Shown here: positions 8,606 through 17,266 of the stretch, piece by piece
How the letters are laid out: each line of letters starts with the position of its first letter
Numbering within the stretch: the stretch's first letter is position 1
NCBI GenBank assembly: GCA_035546735.1
Contig: DASZWE010000536.1
Span: 1-41,245 of the forward strand
Length of the DNA: 41,245 bases
Origin: Puia sp.
GTDB taxonomy: Bacteria; Bacteroidota; Bacteroidia; Chitinophagales; Chitinophagaceae
Reading direction: 5' to 3'
Program-made: the position numbers and the translations under genes
Notes under the pieces: generated by a model
Told to the model about the DNA's origin: nothing
What the model saw: only the letters and a program-made list of their open reading frames with translations
Database searches by the model: none

Positions 8606-10543
8606 TCACTGGTTTTTTTCCAGCTCCATGATCTTTTCGAAGACCTGTTCATACTCCCGGAGAGCCTTGCTCAGTTCATCACCGGCTTTTTTATAATCCG
8701 CCTCGGCCTGTACAAACCTGGTCTTATCAGAATACGTAGCCGGGTCGGCCAGGGATGCTTCCAGCTGGGTCTTTTGACGTTGTAGCAAAGCGATCTTTTC
8801 CTCCAGCTGCTGAAAGATACGCTGCTGCTTTTGCAGCTCTTTCTTCTGCTCTTTGTTGATGGGAGCTGGAGGAGGCGTCGCCTTTACAGGCGTCTGAACA
8901 GGAGCGGGTGGCGGAGTCGCCGGAGCCGCTGCCCTCGCAGCCATTCGTTCCTTCCATTCGACATATTCTTCATAGCCGCCCTTGAATTCCCTGATCTGAC
9001 GGTTTTCGTCGATCTCCCAGATCTTATTGGCCGTCCTGGAAATAAAATAACGGTCGTGGCTTACGAGCAGGAAGCTGCCCTCGTATTTGTTCAATGCGTC
9101 GATCAGCAGCTCGCAGGAATGCAGGTCCAGGTGGTTGGTAGGTTCGTCCAAAAGGAGGAAGTTGGCTTTGCTGACGATGGTCTTGGCCAGCGCTACCCGG
9201 GCCTTTTCACCACCGCTGAGCACTTTGATCTTTTTATCCACGTCGTCGCCGCTGAAAAGGAAGCAACCCAGCAACACCCGTAGCTCCAGGTCCGTCTTCT
9301 GGCTGCCGCAAAGCTGCATCTCTTCCAGCAAGGTATTGTTGACGTCCAGGGACTCCAGCTGGTGCTGGGCATAAAAGCTTTCGTCCACGTTATGGCCCCA
9401 GACCCGCTGTCCCTGAAAAGGCTCCGTACCGGCAATGATACGTAACAAAGTCGACTTTCCTTTACCGTTGGCGCCGATGAGCGCGATCTTATCGCCCCTG
9501 TCGATCTCTACCGACGCATCTTCCACGATCGTGAGGCTGCCGAATTTTTTGGTGGCGTGCTTCAGGGTCGCCAGCACTCTTCCGGGGGTCTTGTCCACCC
9601 GGAAATTGATCTTGATATTGGGCCGCTCGATCTCCACGTTTTCGATACGCTCGACCTTTTCCAGCCTTTTCATGGCGCTCTGCGCAGCTGCCGCCTTGGT
9701 GGCCTTGGCGCGAAAGCGTTCGATAAACCGTTCCTGCTGACGGATATAGTCCTGCTGATTCTCAAAAGCCCGCTGCTGCAACTCTACCCGCATGGCCTTC
9801 TCTGTCTCATAATACGAGTAATTGCCATTGTAGACATGCAGCTCCTTCTGGTACAGCTCCACGATCTTGGTCACCATTCTATCCAGGAAATATTTGTCGT
9901 GGCTGACGATGACGACCGCCCCCGGATAATGCTGGAGATATTTTTCCAGCCATTCGATGGAGGGAAGGTCCATATGGTTGGTAGGTTCGTCCAATAGGAG
10001 CAGATCCGGTCGTTGCAGGATCATCTTGGCGAGTAGCACACGCATCCGCCAGCCACCGCTGAATTCCCGGAAAGGCCGCTGCAGATCGCTATTGGAAAAA
10101 CCCAGACCCTGCAGGATCTCTTCCGTCCGGTGGTGAATGCTGTACCCGTCCAGCGTATCCATCTCATGGAGGGCATCGGAATATTGGTGGAGAAGCGCTT
10201 CATCTTCCGTGTTTTGTTCCAGGCGCTTGCCCAGCTCATCGATCTCTTTTTCCAGCTGCAGCACCCGCTCGAAAGCCGTCATGGCCACTTCCAGTATCGA
10301 TCCATTCGTATCGAAGCTGAGGAGGTCCTGGTGCAGATAGCCAATGGTTGTGCTACGGCTTCTCTCCACCGTGCCTTCGGAAGGGGTATAGTCGCCGGCA
10401 AACAGCTTTAGCAAGGTCGATTTTCCTGTGCCATTGTAGCCGATGAGGCCGATGCGTTCGTTGGGTTGGATATGCCAGGTGGCGTTGCGTACGATGGTCC
10501 TGGCTCCGAATTCAAAAGTTACGTTCTGTAATCCTGCTAACAT
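8606..10543 (-). CDS. ABC-F family ATP-binding protein (YheS/Uup-like, C-terminal coiled coil)
   Basis: Two ABC domains (GYNGTGKS/FSGGW/LLDEPTNH and GANGKGKS/LSGGE/LLDEPTNH), no TM segments. Start moved to ATG 10543 (MLAGLQNV), which follows a TACATTTG promoter. Confidence 0.93.
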   Translation of the reverse strand: MLAGLQNVTFEFGARTIVRNATWHIQPNERIGLIGYNGTGKSTLLKLFAGDYTPSEGTVERSRSTTIGYLHQDLLSFDTNGSILEVAMTAFERVLQLEKEIDELGKRLEQNTEDEALLHQYSDALHEMDTLDGYSIHHRTEEILQGLGFSNSDLQRPFREFSGGWRMRVLLAKMILQRPDLLLLDEPTNHMDLPSIEWLEKYLQHYPGAVVIVSHDKYFLDRMVTKIVELYQKELHVYNGNYSYYETEKAMRVELQQRAFENQQDYIRQQERFIERFRAKATKAAAAQSAMKRLEKVERIENVEIERPNIKINFRVDKTPGRVLATLKHATKKFGSLTIVEDASVEIDRGDKIALIGANGKGKSTLLRIIAGTEPFQGQRVWGHNVDESFYAQHQLESLDVNNTLLEEMQLCGSQKTDLELRVLLGCFLFSGDDVDKKIKVLSGGEKARVALAKTIVSKANFLLLDEPTNHLDLHSCELLIDALNKYEGSFLLVSHDRYFISRTANKIWEIDENRQIREFKGGYEEYVEWKERMAARAAAPATPPPAPVQTPVKATPPPAPINKEQKKELQKQQRIFQQLEEKIALLQRQKTQLEASLADPATYSDKTRFVQAEADYKKAGDELSKALREYEQVFEKIMELEKNQ

Positions 10544-10548
10544 GGGTG

Positions 10549-10556
10549 CAAATGTA
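10549..10556 (-). promoter_or_regulatory. Bacteroidota sigma-A -7 element for ABC-F
   Basis: TACATTTG matches TAnnTTTG, 5 nt before the ATG. Confidence 0.65.
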
Positions 10557-10732
10557 CTGATTACGGACTGTAACCCCATGCCCCTGCCCGTTTTGGACTT
10601 AGAGATTTCCAAAAGATGCCACAGGCATCTTGGCCGAAGGCCCATAATTAGCTTTTTGTAAAAGATGGGTTAAATTTGTACAGCCCATCTTTTACAAATT
10701 TATATCTTTGGCTACCCGAAAAAATTAACACA

Positions 10733-11395
10733 GTGAATAGAAAATTGGTTTTGTTGATCGTTGTCCTTGTATTGGCAGGTCTGGTAGGCTGGAAATTGAA
10801 CTGGTTCTCCAAAAAAGAGGCGTCCGGGCCGGGAAACCCTGACATGGCGCTGAAGATCAGTAAAAATACCGCCGCTTTTAACAAGGCTTTCGGGGGATTG
10901 ATGGATGATTACTATGCCCTGAGGGATGCCCTGGTGGATTGGGACACCATCAAGGTCGATCAGGCAGCCTATGCCCTGGCTCTCAAGGCGGACAGCCTGC
11001 CCATTTCCCAGATCAGGGGCGACTCCGATGTCATCAGTACGGCAAAGAGTTTTGCCGCCAGTGTTGGCGGCGATGCCAAAGGGATCGTAGGGCAGGGGAA
11101 TATCGAACAAAAGAGAAAAGGCTTTAATACGCTGACTGACGATCTGTATACGCTCGTACGTACCGTACGCTATGATGTCGGGATCATTTACCACGATCGC
11201 TGTCCGATGGCATTCAGCGACTCCATCGAAGGGTTCTGGCTCTCGAACACCCCGAAGATCATCAACCCTTATCTGGGGAACAAGCACCCAACCTATAAAG
11301 CAAAGATGCTTGGCTGCGGCGAGATCGTCGATTCCGTGGATTATTTTACGAAAAACAAGCTGCCCAAAGACAGCGCAGCTCAATCGGGTTTATAG
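10733..11395 (+). CDS. DUF3347-like exported putative heavy-metal-binding protein
   Basis: N-terminal TM/signal segment; C-terminal CPMA...WLS...NPY.G...MLGCG motif. GTG 10733 chosen, downstream of TATCTTTG (10703-10710). Confidence 0.8.
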   Translation: MNRKLVLLIVVLVLAGLVGWKLNWFSKKEASGPGNPDMALKISKNTAAFNKAFGGLMDDYYALRDALVDWDTIKVDQAAYALALKADSLPISQIRGDSDVISTAKSFAASVGGDAKGIVGQGNIEQKRKGFNTLTDDLYTLVRTVRYDVGIIYHDRCPMAFSDSIEGFWLSNTPKIINPYLGNKHPTYKAKMLGCGEIVDSVDYFTKNKLPKDSAAQSGL

Positions 11396-12228
11396 ATAAA
11401 GCGCACGGCCGCGCTCTTCTGCTCGCTGGAAGAAAGGAACGCTTCTATCTTCCGGCTGCCGGCTGTCACCATCATCAGGGCCGTGTTGGGAGGGATATCG
11501 CCCAAGTTATCCGCATACATTACCAGCTCATATTCCATCCCCGGCAATGCGGAGAATTCCAATGTCAATGGTCTGTCCGTAAGCATTTTCCGGTATAGGA
11601 GCAGCTTCCCATTGATAAGTACGGTGACCGTATCGTGGTCGATCTCTCCATTATCGTACAACTCGACCTTGATCTGCGAAGTGCTGACGGTAATAGTCTT
11701 TACCACTTCCGTCGTTCTTGGCTGCAGGTAAAGCTGCTTTTGAAGTGCTGCCAGCGTATCGTTCTGTCCAATATCCGCCGGAAAATCCGAGACGGCGGCC
11801 TTTTTCAGGAATATTTTTCCGGGAGGACAGGCAAGCCGTTTGTCCTGCATAATGCCTTTCCAGTCTCCTTTTAGCACTTCTTCGTCGCCTTCCCTGCCAT
11901 AATTGAGATCATAGGTCTTTATACAGGGGGAACATTCCGGGGGGATGTCCTGTTGCAAAATGCTTTCTTCGATGAGGACCAGCCGGTGTGTCTGTGCGTT
12001 ATAGCGCCCCGTAAAGCTCATTTTTACAAAATGCTCCTTGTCATAGTAGTCATAGGCCTTGCCCGTGATCCGGTCATTCGAAATGGTGATCTGCAGTTCC
12101 AGGAAATAATGAGGATAACAGCCGCCAGGACCTTGTGTAAGCGTACCCTTCCAGATGCCTGAGATGTCCTCCGGGAACACAGAGCAGGAGGTAAGTAAGC
12201 AGTATAGTATCAGGTATATCCGGCGCAT
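11380..12228 (-). CDS. Secreted hypothetical protein (paralogue of 12236-13417)
   Basis: Signal peptide, GIWKG N-terminal domain, C-terminal YDNGEIDHDTV...NLGDIPPNT domain. Confidence 0.8.
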   Translation of the reverse strand: MRRIYLILYCLLTSCSVFPEDISGIWKGTLTQGPGGCYPHYFLELQITISNDRITGKAYDYYDKEHFVKMSFTGRYNAQTHRLVLIEESILQQDIPPECSPCIKTYDLNYGREGDEEVLKGDWKGIMQDKRLACPPGKIFLKKAAVSDFPADIGQNDTLAALQKQLYLQPRTTEVVKTITVSTSQIKVELYDNGEIDHDTVTVLINGKLLLYRKMLTDRPLTLEFSALPGMEYELVMYADNLGDIPPNTALMMVTAGSRKIEAFLSSSEQKSAAVRFIYKPD

Positions 12229-12235
12229 GAAATAG

Positions 12236-13417
12236 TTACTTCTGGTATCTGAAGGTCACCAGGGCGTTTTTTTGCTCGGTGGAGGTAATGCGAACATCGT
12301 ATTCCTTATCTCCTGCCTTGACGATCATAAGCGAAGTATTGGGGGGTATCTCTCCTTCATTTTCCGCTACCATTACCAGCTCATGATAATCGTCGGACTC
12401 ATCCAGATGCAGGGTGACTACCAGGGGGCGGTCCGTCAGCATGGCGTGGGAGATGATCAGCTTTTTATCAAGGTATACGGATACCGTATCGTGGTCGATG
12501 GCTCCGTCATCATAGATATTCAGCACGACCTCCCTTGTATTCACCGTGATGGCCTTTGCCAGCACCGTGCTGCGGGACTGCAGTACCTTGGGAGTGATGA
12601 CGGAGAAATGTTTTCCGATGCTGGGGAGGTCCGGCTCTGTAGCAGGTCTGGTTGTCTGAGGAACGCTGACCTTTGCCAGCGGCGCGGTCTCGGGCTCTTT
12701 TGGCTTTACAACGGGCTTGGGAGAACCCGCAGGTTTGGAGCGCGGCCTGGCACCACCGGCCGTGGTCCTGTTTGTTGGCCTGGGCGTGCTCTTGTGCGCG
12801 GTAGAAGGGGTCCTGGAAGGCTCCGTAGTATGTCTCACCGGTGTATCCCCGGGTTTGATCTTTACTACTTCGGTGGACTCGGGTGGATTCCTATGCCTGG
12901 CCATGTCCAGCTCTTTTTCCCTTTTTACAAGGAATGGCTCTTTGTAAAAGTCGGACTGTGGCACTTTCCGGAGGAATACTGAGCCTCTGCCGCAATTGGT
13001 GGAATCCCGGGTATTCATACTGACATACGTGCCTTCTAAAAATTCTTCACCGCCGGATTGGGAATACTGGAGAAAGCAGGTCATGATACAGACATCTCCA
13101 GACTGATTACGCACTTCCAGCAGCTTTATTTCCTGGACGATGACCTTATTGGTCTTGGGGTTGACGGCCCCTGTAGCGGCGGCTTTCCCATAAAAGAGCG
13201 TGGAAAGATAGGAATAGGTTATGGCTTCCAGATTTTTATCATGCTGCGCGATCTGCACTTCGAACTTATAACGGTCGTCGAAGAACGAATTTCGGGTATT
13301 CATGTTATTGGCACGAAAATGCCCCTGCCAGACACCGGTAAGGTCCTGCGCATGGATAAAGCCCCCCGTAATTATCAAAAAGAGAATAAAAATACACCGC
13401 ATATCCGGTTGTTTCAC
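12236..13417 (-). CDS. Secreted hypothetical protein with Pro/Thr-rich linker (paralogue of 11380-12228)
   Basis: Signal peptide, GVWQG domain, low-complexity linker, YDDGAIDHDTV...NEGEIPPNT domain. Start is GTG 13417 or ATG 13402. Confidence 0.8.
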   Translation of the reverse strand: MKQPDMRCIFILFLIITGGFIHAQDLTGVWQGHFRANNMNTRNSFFDDRYKFEVQIAQHDKNLEAITYSYLSTLFYGKAAATGAVNPKTNKVIVQEIKLLEVRNQSGDVCIMTCFLQYSQSGGEEFLEGTYVSMNTRDSTNCGRGSVFLRKVPQSDFYKEPFLVKREKELDMARHRNPPESTEVVKIKPGDTPVRHTTEPSRTPSTAHKSTPRPTNRTTAGGARPRSKPAGSPKPVVKPKEPETAPLAKVSVPQTTRPATEPDLPSIGKHFSVITPKVLQSRSTVLAKAITVNTREVVLNIYDDGAIDHDTVSVYLDKKLIISHAMLTDRPLVVTLHLDESDDYHELVMVAENEGEIPPNTSLMIVKAGDKEYDVRITSTEQKNALVTFRYQK

Positions 13418-13675
13418 TTTAGCAAGGTAGGTAAATAATTCGGTCCAGCTTTTCCGCCTGTCAATAAAGGCGAACCATTTGTTGCAAGAGTTTGTTAATA
13501 TTTCTCCTGACGATCAATGTTTTTTATCTCGTATCATATATGTTTTTTCAATGGCCTCGATGATCCCGGCATAACCGGGATTCAATGGACGGAGAGAACC
13601 TAACATGCTGCGTAACAGCACTGGGAGGGAGTACATGGTGCCTCATATGTCTATTGATAATTGGGCATTTTAATG

Positions 13676-13683
13676 TAGGTTTG
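13676..13683 (+). promoter_or_regulatory. sigma-A -7 element for thrS
   Basis: TAGGTTTG, 7 nt before the ATG. Confidence 0.65.
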
Positions 13684-13690
13684 CACCCTT

Positions 13691-15634
13691 ATGATCAAGA
13701 TCACTTTTCCCGACGGCGCCGTGCGTGAATATCCCTACGGGAGCACTGCGCTGGACATAGCAAAATCCATCAGTGAAGGATTGGCAAGAAAGGTTTTAGC
13801 AGCTAGTGTGAACGGACAGGTATGGGACGCGACCCGCCCTATACCTACAGACGCAACATTGAAATTACTCACCTGGGATGACAATGAAGGTAAATCAACT
13901 TTTTGGCATTCTTCCGCGCATTTGATGGCGGAGGCGATCGAATCACTTTATCCCGGTGTAAAATTCTGGGTAGGCCCTGCCACGGAAAATCCTCCCGGTT
14001 TTTATTACGACATGGACCTGGGTGGAAGACAGGTATCCGATGAGGACCTTCGCAAGCTGGAGATAAAAATGGCGGAGCTGTCCAAACAGAATTCGGCTTT
14101 TCAGCGCAAGGATATCAGCAAGGCCGAGGCGGTAAGCTATTTCACCAACAAGGGAGATGAGTACAAGCTTGATCTGTTACAGAACCTGAGGGATGGAGAA
14201 ATAACTTTTTATACCCAGGGGCAGTTCACGGATCTCTGCCGCGGGCCTCATATCCCGCATACCGGCTTTATCAAGGCCATCAAGCTGACCAATATTGCCG
14301 GCGCCTATTGGAAAGGGGATGAAAAGAACAAACAGCTCACCCGAATATATGGGGTGACCTTTCCTGCCAAAAAGGAGCTGGACGAATACGAAGCCCTGCA
14401 GGAAGAGGCGCGGAAAAGGGACCACCGCAAGCTGGGTAAGGAATTAGGCATTTTTACCTATGATGAGATGGTCGGACCCGGACTGCCGCTCTGGATGCCC
14501 AATGGGGCGGTCGTGATCGAGGAGCTGGAAAGACTGGCGAAAGAGACGGAGGAGCGGGCCGGCTACAAGAGGGTAGTGACGCCACATATTGCCAAGGAAG
14601 ATCTTTATCTCACCAGCGGGCACCTGCCTTATTACCAGGATAGTATGTATCCTCCCATGGAATTGGAAGGGGTGAAGTACTATCTGAAGGCCATGAACTG
14701 TCCGCACCACCATAAGATATTCGACGCCGAGCAGAAAAGCTACAAGGACCTGCCTTACCGCCTGGCGGAATATGGGACCTGCTACAGATATGAGCAAAGC
14801 GGCGAGCTTTTCGGGCTCATGCGGGTACGGTGTTTGCATATGAACGATGCCCATATTTACTGTACAAAAGAGCAGTTCTATGAGGAGTTCAGGGCAGTGA
14901 ACGAGATGTACCTGAAGTATTTTAAGATCTTTGGAATAGACAAGTATGTCATGCGTCTCAGCCTGCATGATCCGAAAAAGCTGGGACAGAAATACGTGAA
15001 CGAGCCGGAGTTATGGAAGGAGACGGAAGCCCTGGTGCGGGATGTGCTGATCCGTACCAATACCCCCTTCAAGGAGGTGGCGGACGAGGCGGCCTTCTAT
15101 GGTCCCAAGATCGACGTACAGATCTGGAGCACCATCGGACGGGAGTTCACATTGGCTACCAATCAGGTAGATTTTGCACAGGGACGTCGCTTTAAGCTGA
15201 GCTTTACCAATAAGGACAATCAGCCGGAGACCCCTCTTATCATCCACAGGGCTCCCCTGGGCACGCACGAACGCTTTATTGGCTTCCTGCTGGAGCATTA
15301 TGCGGGCAAATTCCCCGTATGGCTGGCTCCCCTCCAGGTGAAGATCCTGCCGATCAGCGATAAGTCCATGGAATATGCACAAACTCTTTTGGATTCCCTG
15401 AAAAATGCTGATATTCGTGCAGAGGTGGATGATCGCAATGAGAAGATCGGGAAAAAGATCCGGGACACTGAGCTGGCGAAAGTACCTTATATGCTGGTGG
15501 TTGGAGAAAAGGAGATGCAGGAAGGGAAAGTCGCGGTAAGAAGACAAGGAAAAGGAGATCTCGGCGTTAAAACTATCGACGAGTTCATTCCTGAGATCAA
15601 AAAAGAGATCAAAGAAAGGGCTTCCAATCCCTAG
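13691..15634 (+). CDS. thrS: Threonine--tRNA ligase
   Basis: TGS domain, HSSAHLMA, DLCRGPH, RDHRKLG, MNCPHH, FYGPKID and anticodon-binding domain. Confidence 0.99.
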   Translation: MIKITFPDGAVREYPYGSTALDIAKSISEGLARKVLAASVNGQVWDATRPIPTDATLKLLTWDDNEGKSTFWHSSAHLMAEAIESLYPGVKFWVGPATENPPGFYYDMDLGGRQVSDEDLRKLEIKMAELSKQNSAFQRKDISKAEAVSYFTNKGDEYKLDLLQNLRDGEITFYTQGQFTDLCRGPHIPHTGFIKAIKLTNIAGAYWKGDEKNKQLTRIYGVTFPAKKELDEYEALQEEARKRDHRKLGKELGIFTYDEMVGPGLPLWMPNGAVVIEELERLAKETEERAGYKRVVTPHIAKEDLYLTSGHLPYYQDSMYPPMELEGVKYYLKAMNCPHHHKIFDAEQKSYKDLPYRLAEYGTCYRYEQSGELFGLMRVRCLHMNDAHIYCTKEQFYEEFRAVNEMYLKYFKIFGIDKYVMRLSLHDPKKLGQKYVNEPELWKETEALVRDVLIRTNTPFKEVADEAAFYGPKIDVQIWSTIGREFTLATNQVDFAQGRRFKLSFTNKDNQPETPLIIHRAPLGTHERFIGFLLEHYAGKFPVWLAPLQVKILPISDKSMEYAQTLLDSLKNADIRAEVDDRNEKIGKKIRDTELAKVPYMLVVGEKEMQEGKVAVRRQGKGDLGVKTIDEFIPEIKKEIKERASNP

Positions 15635-15704
15635 GGAAGTCATCAAACAAACGAAAAAAATAGAAGCCTTCAATATGGGAAGAAGGTTAATTTAAAAATT
15701 GTAA

Positions 15705-16289
15705 ATGGCATTTCCACCGAGACCTCCGAGAGGTAATTTTAATCCACGTTTCAGAAAAGAGCAGCAACAAGAACATCGCACCAATCATATGATCAGAGTA
15801 CCCCAGGTACGTCTGGTAGGAGACAATATAGAAGTTGGGGTGTATTCGATACAGGAGGCGCTGAAAATGGCGCAGGAGCAGGCGCTCGACCTGGTAGAGA
15901 TATCTCCCAATGCAGACCCGCCTGTATGCAAGATCATCGATTATAATAAGTTCCTTTACGAGAAGAAGAAGAAGGAAAAGGAAATGAAGGCTAAGAGCAA
16001 GGCTTCTGAAGTGAAAGAGATCAGGTTTACTCCCAATACGGATGACCATGATTTCGACTTCAAGGCCAAGCATGCCGAAAAGTTCCTGAAAGAGGGCAAT
16101 AAGGTAAAGGCTTATGTACAGTTCAAGGGACGCGCCATCCAGTTCAAGGAGAGGGGAGAGCTTCTCCTGTTGAAATTCGCCGAGCGTCTCAATGACGCGG
16201 GGGTACTGGAAGGGATGCCCAAGATGGAAGGCAAGCGTATGCTGGCTATCTGGGCGCCTAAACCCCAGAAAAAGAAGGAAAAAAGCTAG
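15705..16289 (+). CDS. infC: Translation initiation factor IF-3
   Basis: LDLVEISPNADPPVCKIIDY, KEIRF and FKGR; thrS-infC-rpmI-rplT order. Confidence 0.98.
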   Translation: MAFPPRPPRGNFNPRFRKEQQQEHRTNHMIRVPQVRLVGDNIEVGVYSIQEALKMAQEQALDLVEISPNADPPVCKIIDYNKFLYEKKKKEKEMKAKSKASEVKEIRFTPNTDDHDFDFKAKHAEKFLKEGNKVKAYVQFKGRAIQFKERGELLLLKFAERLNDAGVLEGMPKMEGKRMLAIWAPKPQKKKEKS

Positions 16290-16317
16290 GAACTATGGCC
16301 CGAACGGCCAAAATGAT

Positions 16318-16345
16318 AAAAAACCCGTCTTTTTGGCGGGTTTTT
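16318..16345 (+). terminator. Intrinsic terminator after infC
   Basis: AAAAACCCGTC/GGCGGGTTTTT stem with T-tract. Confidence 0.6.
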
Positions 16346-16358
16346 CCAATTTATGATG

Positions 16359-16366
16359 TACCTTTG
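16359..16366 (+). promoter_or_regulatory. sigma-A -7 element for rpmI-rplT
   Basis: TACCTTTG, about 120 nt before the rpmI ATG. Confidence 0.7.
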
Positions 16367-16485
16367 CAACCCGCAAAAATGGTCCGTAGCGACCTCTTTC
16401 GGGATCAACCAATAGCCCAAACGGCCCCCTAAGTGATCCACCCGTGTGGATCCGCCAGCAGGGTATCATGTAAAATGCATTCAAA

Positions 16486-16683
16486 ATGCCAAAGGTTAAA
16501 ACCAATTCGAGTGCCAAGAAAAGATTCAAGATCACAGGCACCGGCGAGATCACCTTCCAGCGTTCCTTCAAGCGCCACATCCTGACCAAGAAGTCAAAGA
16601 AACGTAAACGCAACCTGAACAAGAAGGGTATTGTACACCAGGCCAACGCTGATTTTGTAAAACGCTTGTTACGATTGAAATAA
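16486..16683 (+). CDS. rpmI: 50S ribosomal protein L35
   Basis: [20 protein letters not shown]...HILTKK. Confidence 0.98.
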   Translation: MPKVKTNSSAKKRFKITGTGEITFQRSFKRHILTKKSKKRKRNLNKKGIVHQANADFVKRLLRLK

Positions 16684-16725
16684 GCGCTTGAATCCTCATT
16701 ATTAAAATTTCAAACTAATTAAGAT

Positions 16726-17070
16726 ATGCCACGTTCAGTAAACGCCGTTGCTTCCCGGGCACGCAGAAAACGCATCTTAAAAGAGGCGAAAGGTTTCTAT
16801 GGCAAAAGAAAGAATGTTTATACCGTAGCCAAGAACGTCCTGGAGAAAGGTCTCCAATACCGTTACGTTGGCCGCAAATTGAAGAAAAGAGAATACCGCA
16901 CCCTGTGGATCGCCCGTATCACTGCGGCCGTCCGTGCAGAAGGGCTCACGTAGTCCGCCTTTATCCACAAGCTCGCTCAAAAGGGCATCGGCCTGGACCG
17001 TAAGGTGCTGGCTGACCTGGCTATGAATGAGCCGGCGACCTTTTCGAAGCTGGTTGCTTCCGTAAAGTAA
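16726..17070 (+). pseudogene. rplT: 50S ribosomal protein L20, full length but interrupted as sequenced by an in-frame TAG at 16951-16953
   Basis: [15 protein letters not shown]...[54 protein letters not shown]. The L20 sequence continues in frame to TAA 17070 (114 codons). Confidence 0.92.
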
Positions 17071-17094
17071 GTCTTACGCACCACAACTATACGC

Positions 17095-17125
17095 GCCGGC
17101 CTCCTAAGGGGGGCCGGTTTTTTTT
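17095..17125 (+). terminator. Intrinsic terminator after rplT
   Basis: CCGGCCTCC-TAAG-GGGGGCCGG followed by T8. Confidence 0.85.
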
Positions 17126-17266
17126 ACCGACAGCCCAGCCTCCTGCCTGTTCGGATGCTATAAAAAAATTTTCTCTATTGTTTCAAAAAAACTTCACATT
17201 TGCATAGTTTTTAAAAGTATAAGTGCTATTTAATTATTGTAAATACTTTATAACCTGGACCAGTCA

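Noticed and set aside
10544-10645. N-terminal extensions of the ABC-F, yajQ, rpmE2, lepA, flippase and PH-domain ORFs in the ORF track
   Set aside because: Family N-termini and/or -7 promoter positions point to downstream starts.
13588-13650. Glycine riboswitch resemblance (GGAGAGA...GGGAG)
   Set aside because: Lacks the CCGAAG and CUCUCAGG core; the context (thrS) does not fit.
16951-16953. Genome-wide TAG reassignment or pyrrolysine
   Set aside because: Several conserved genes end at TAG at their expected C-termini; no pyl genes are in the window; only one internal TAG was found.
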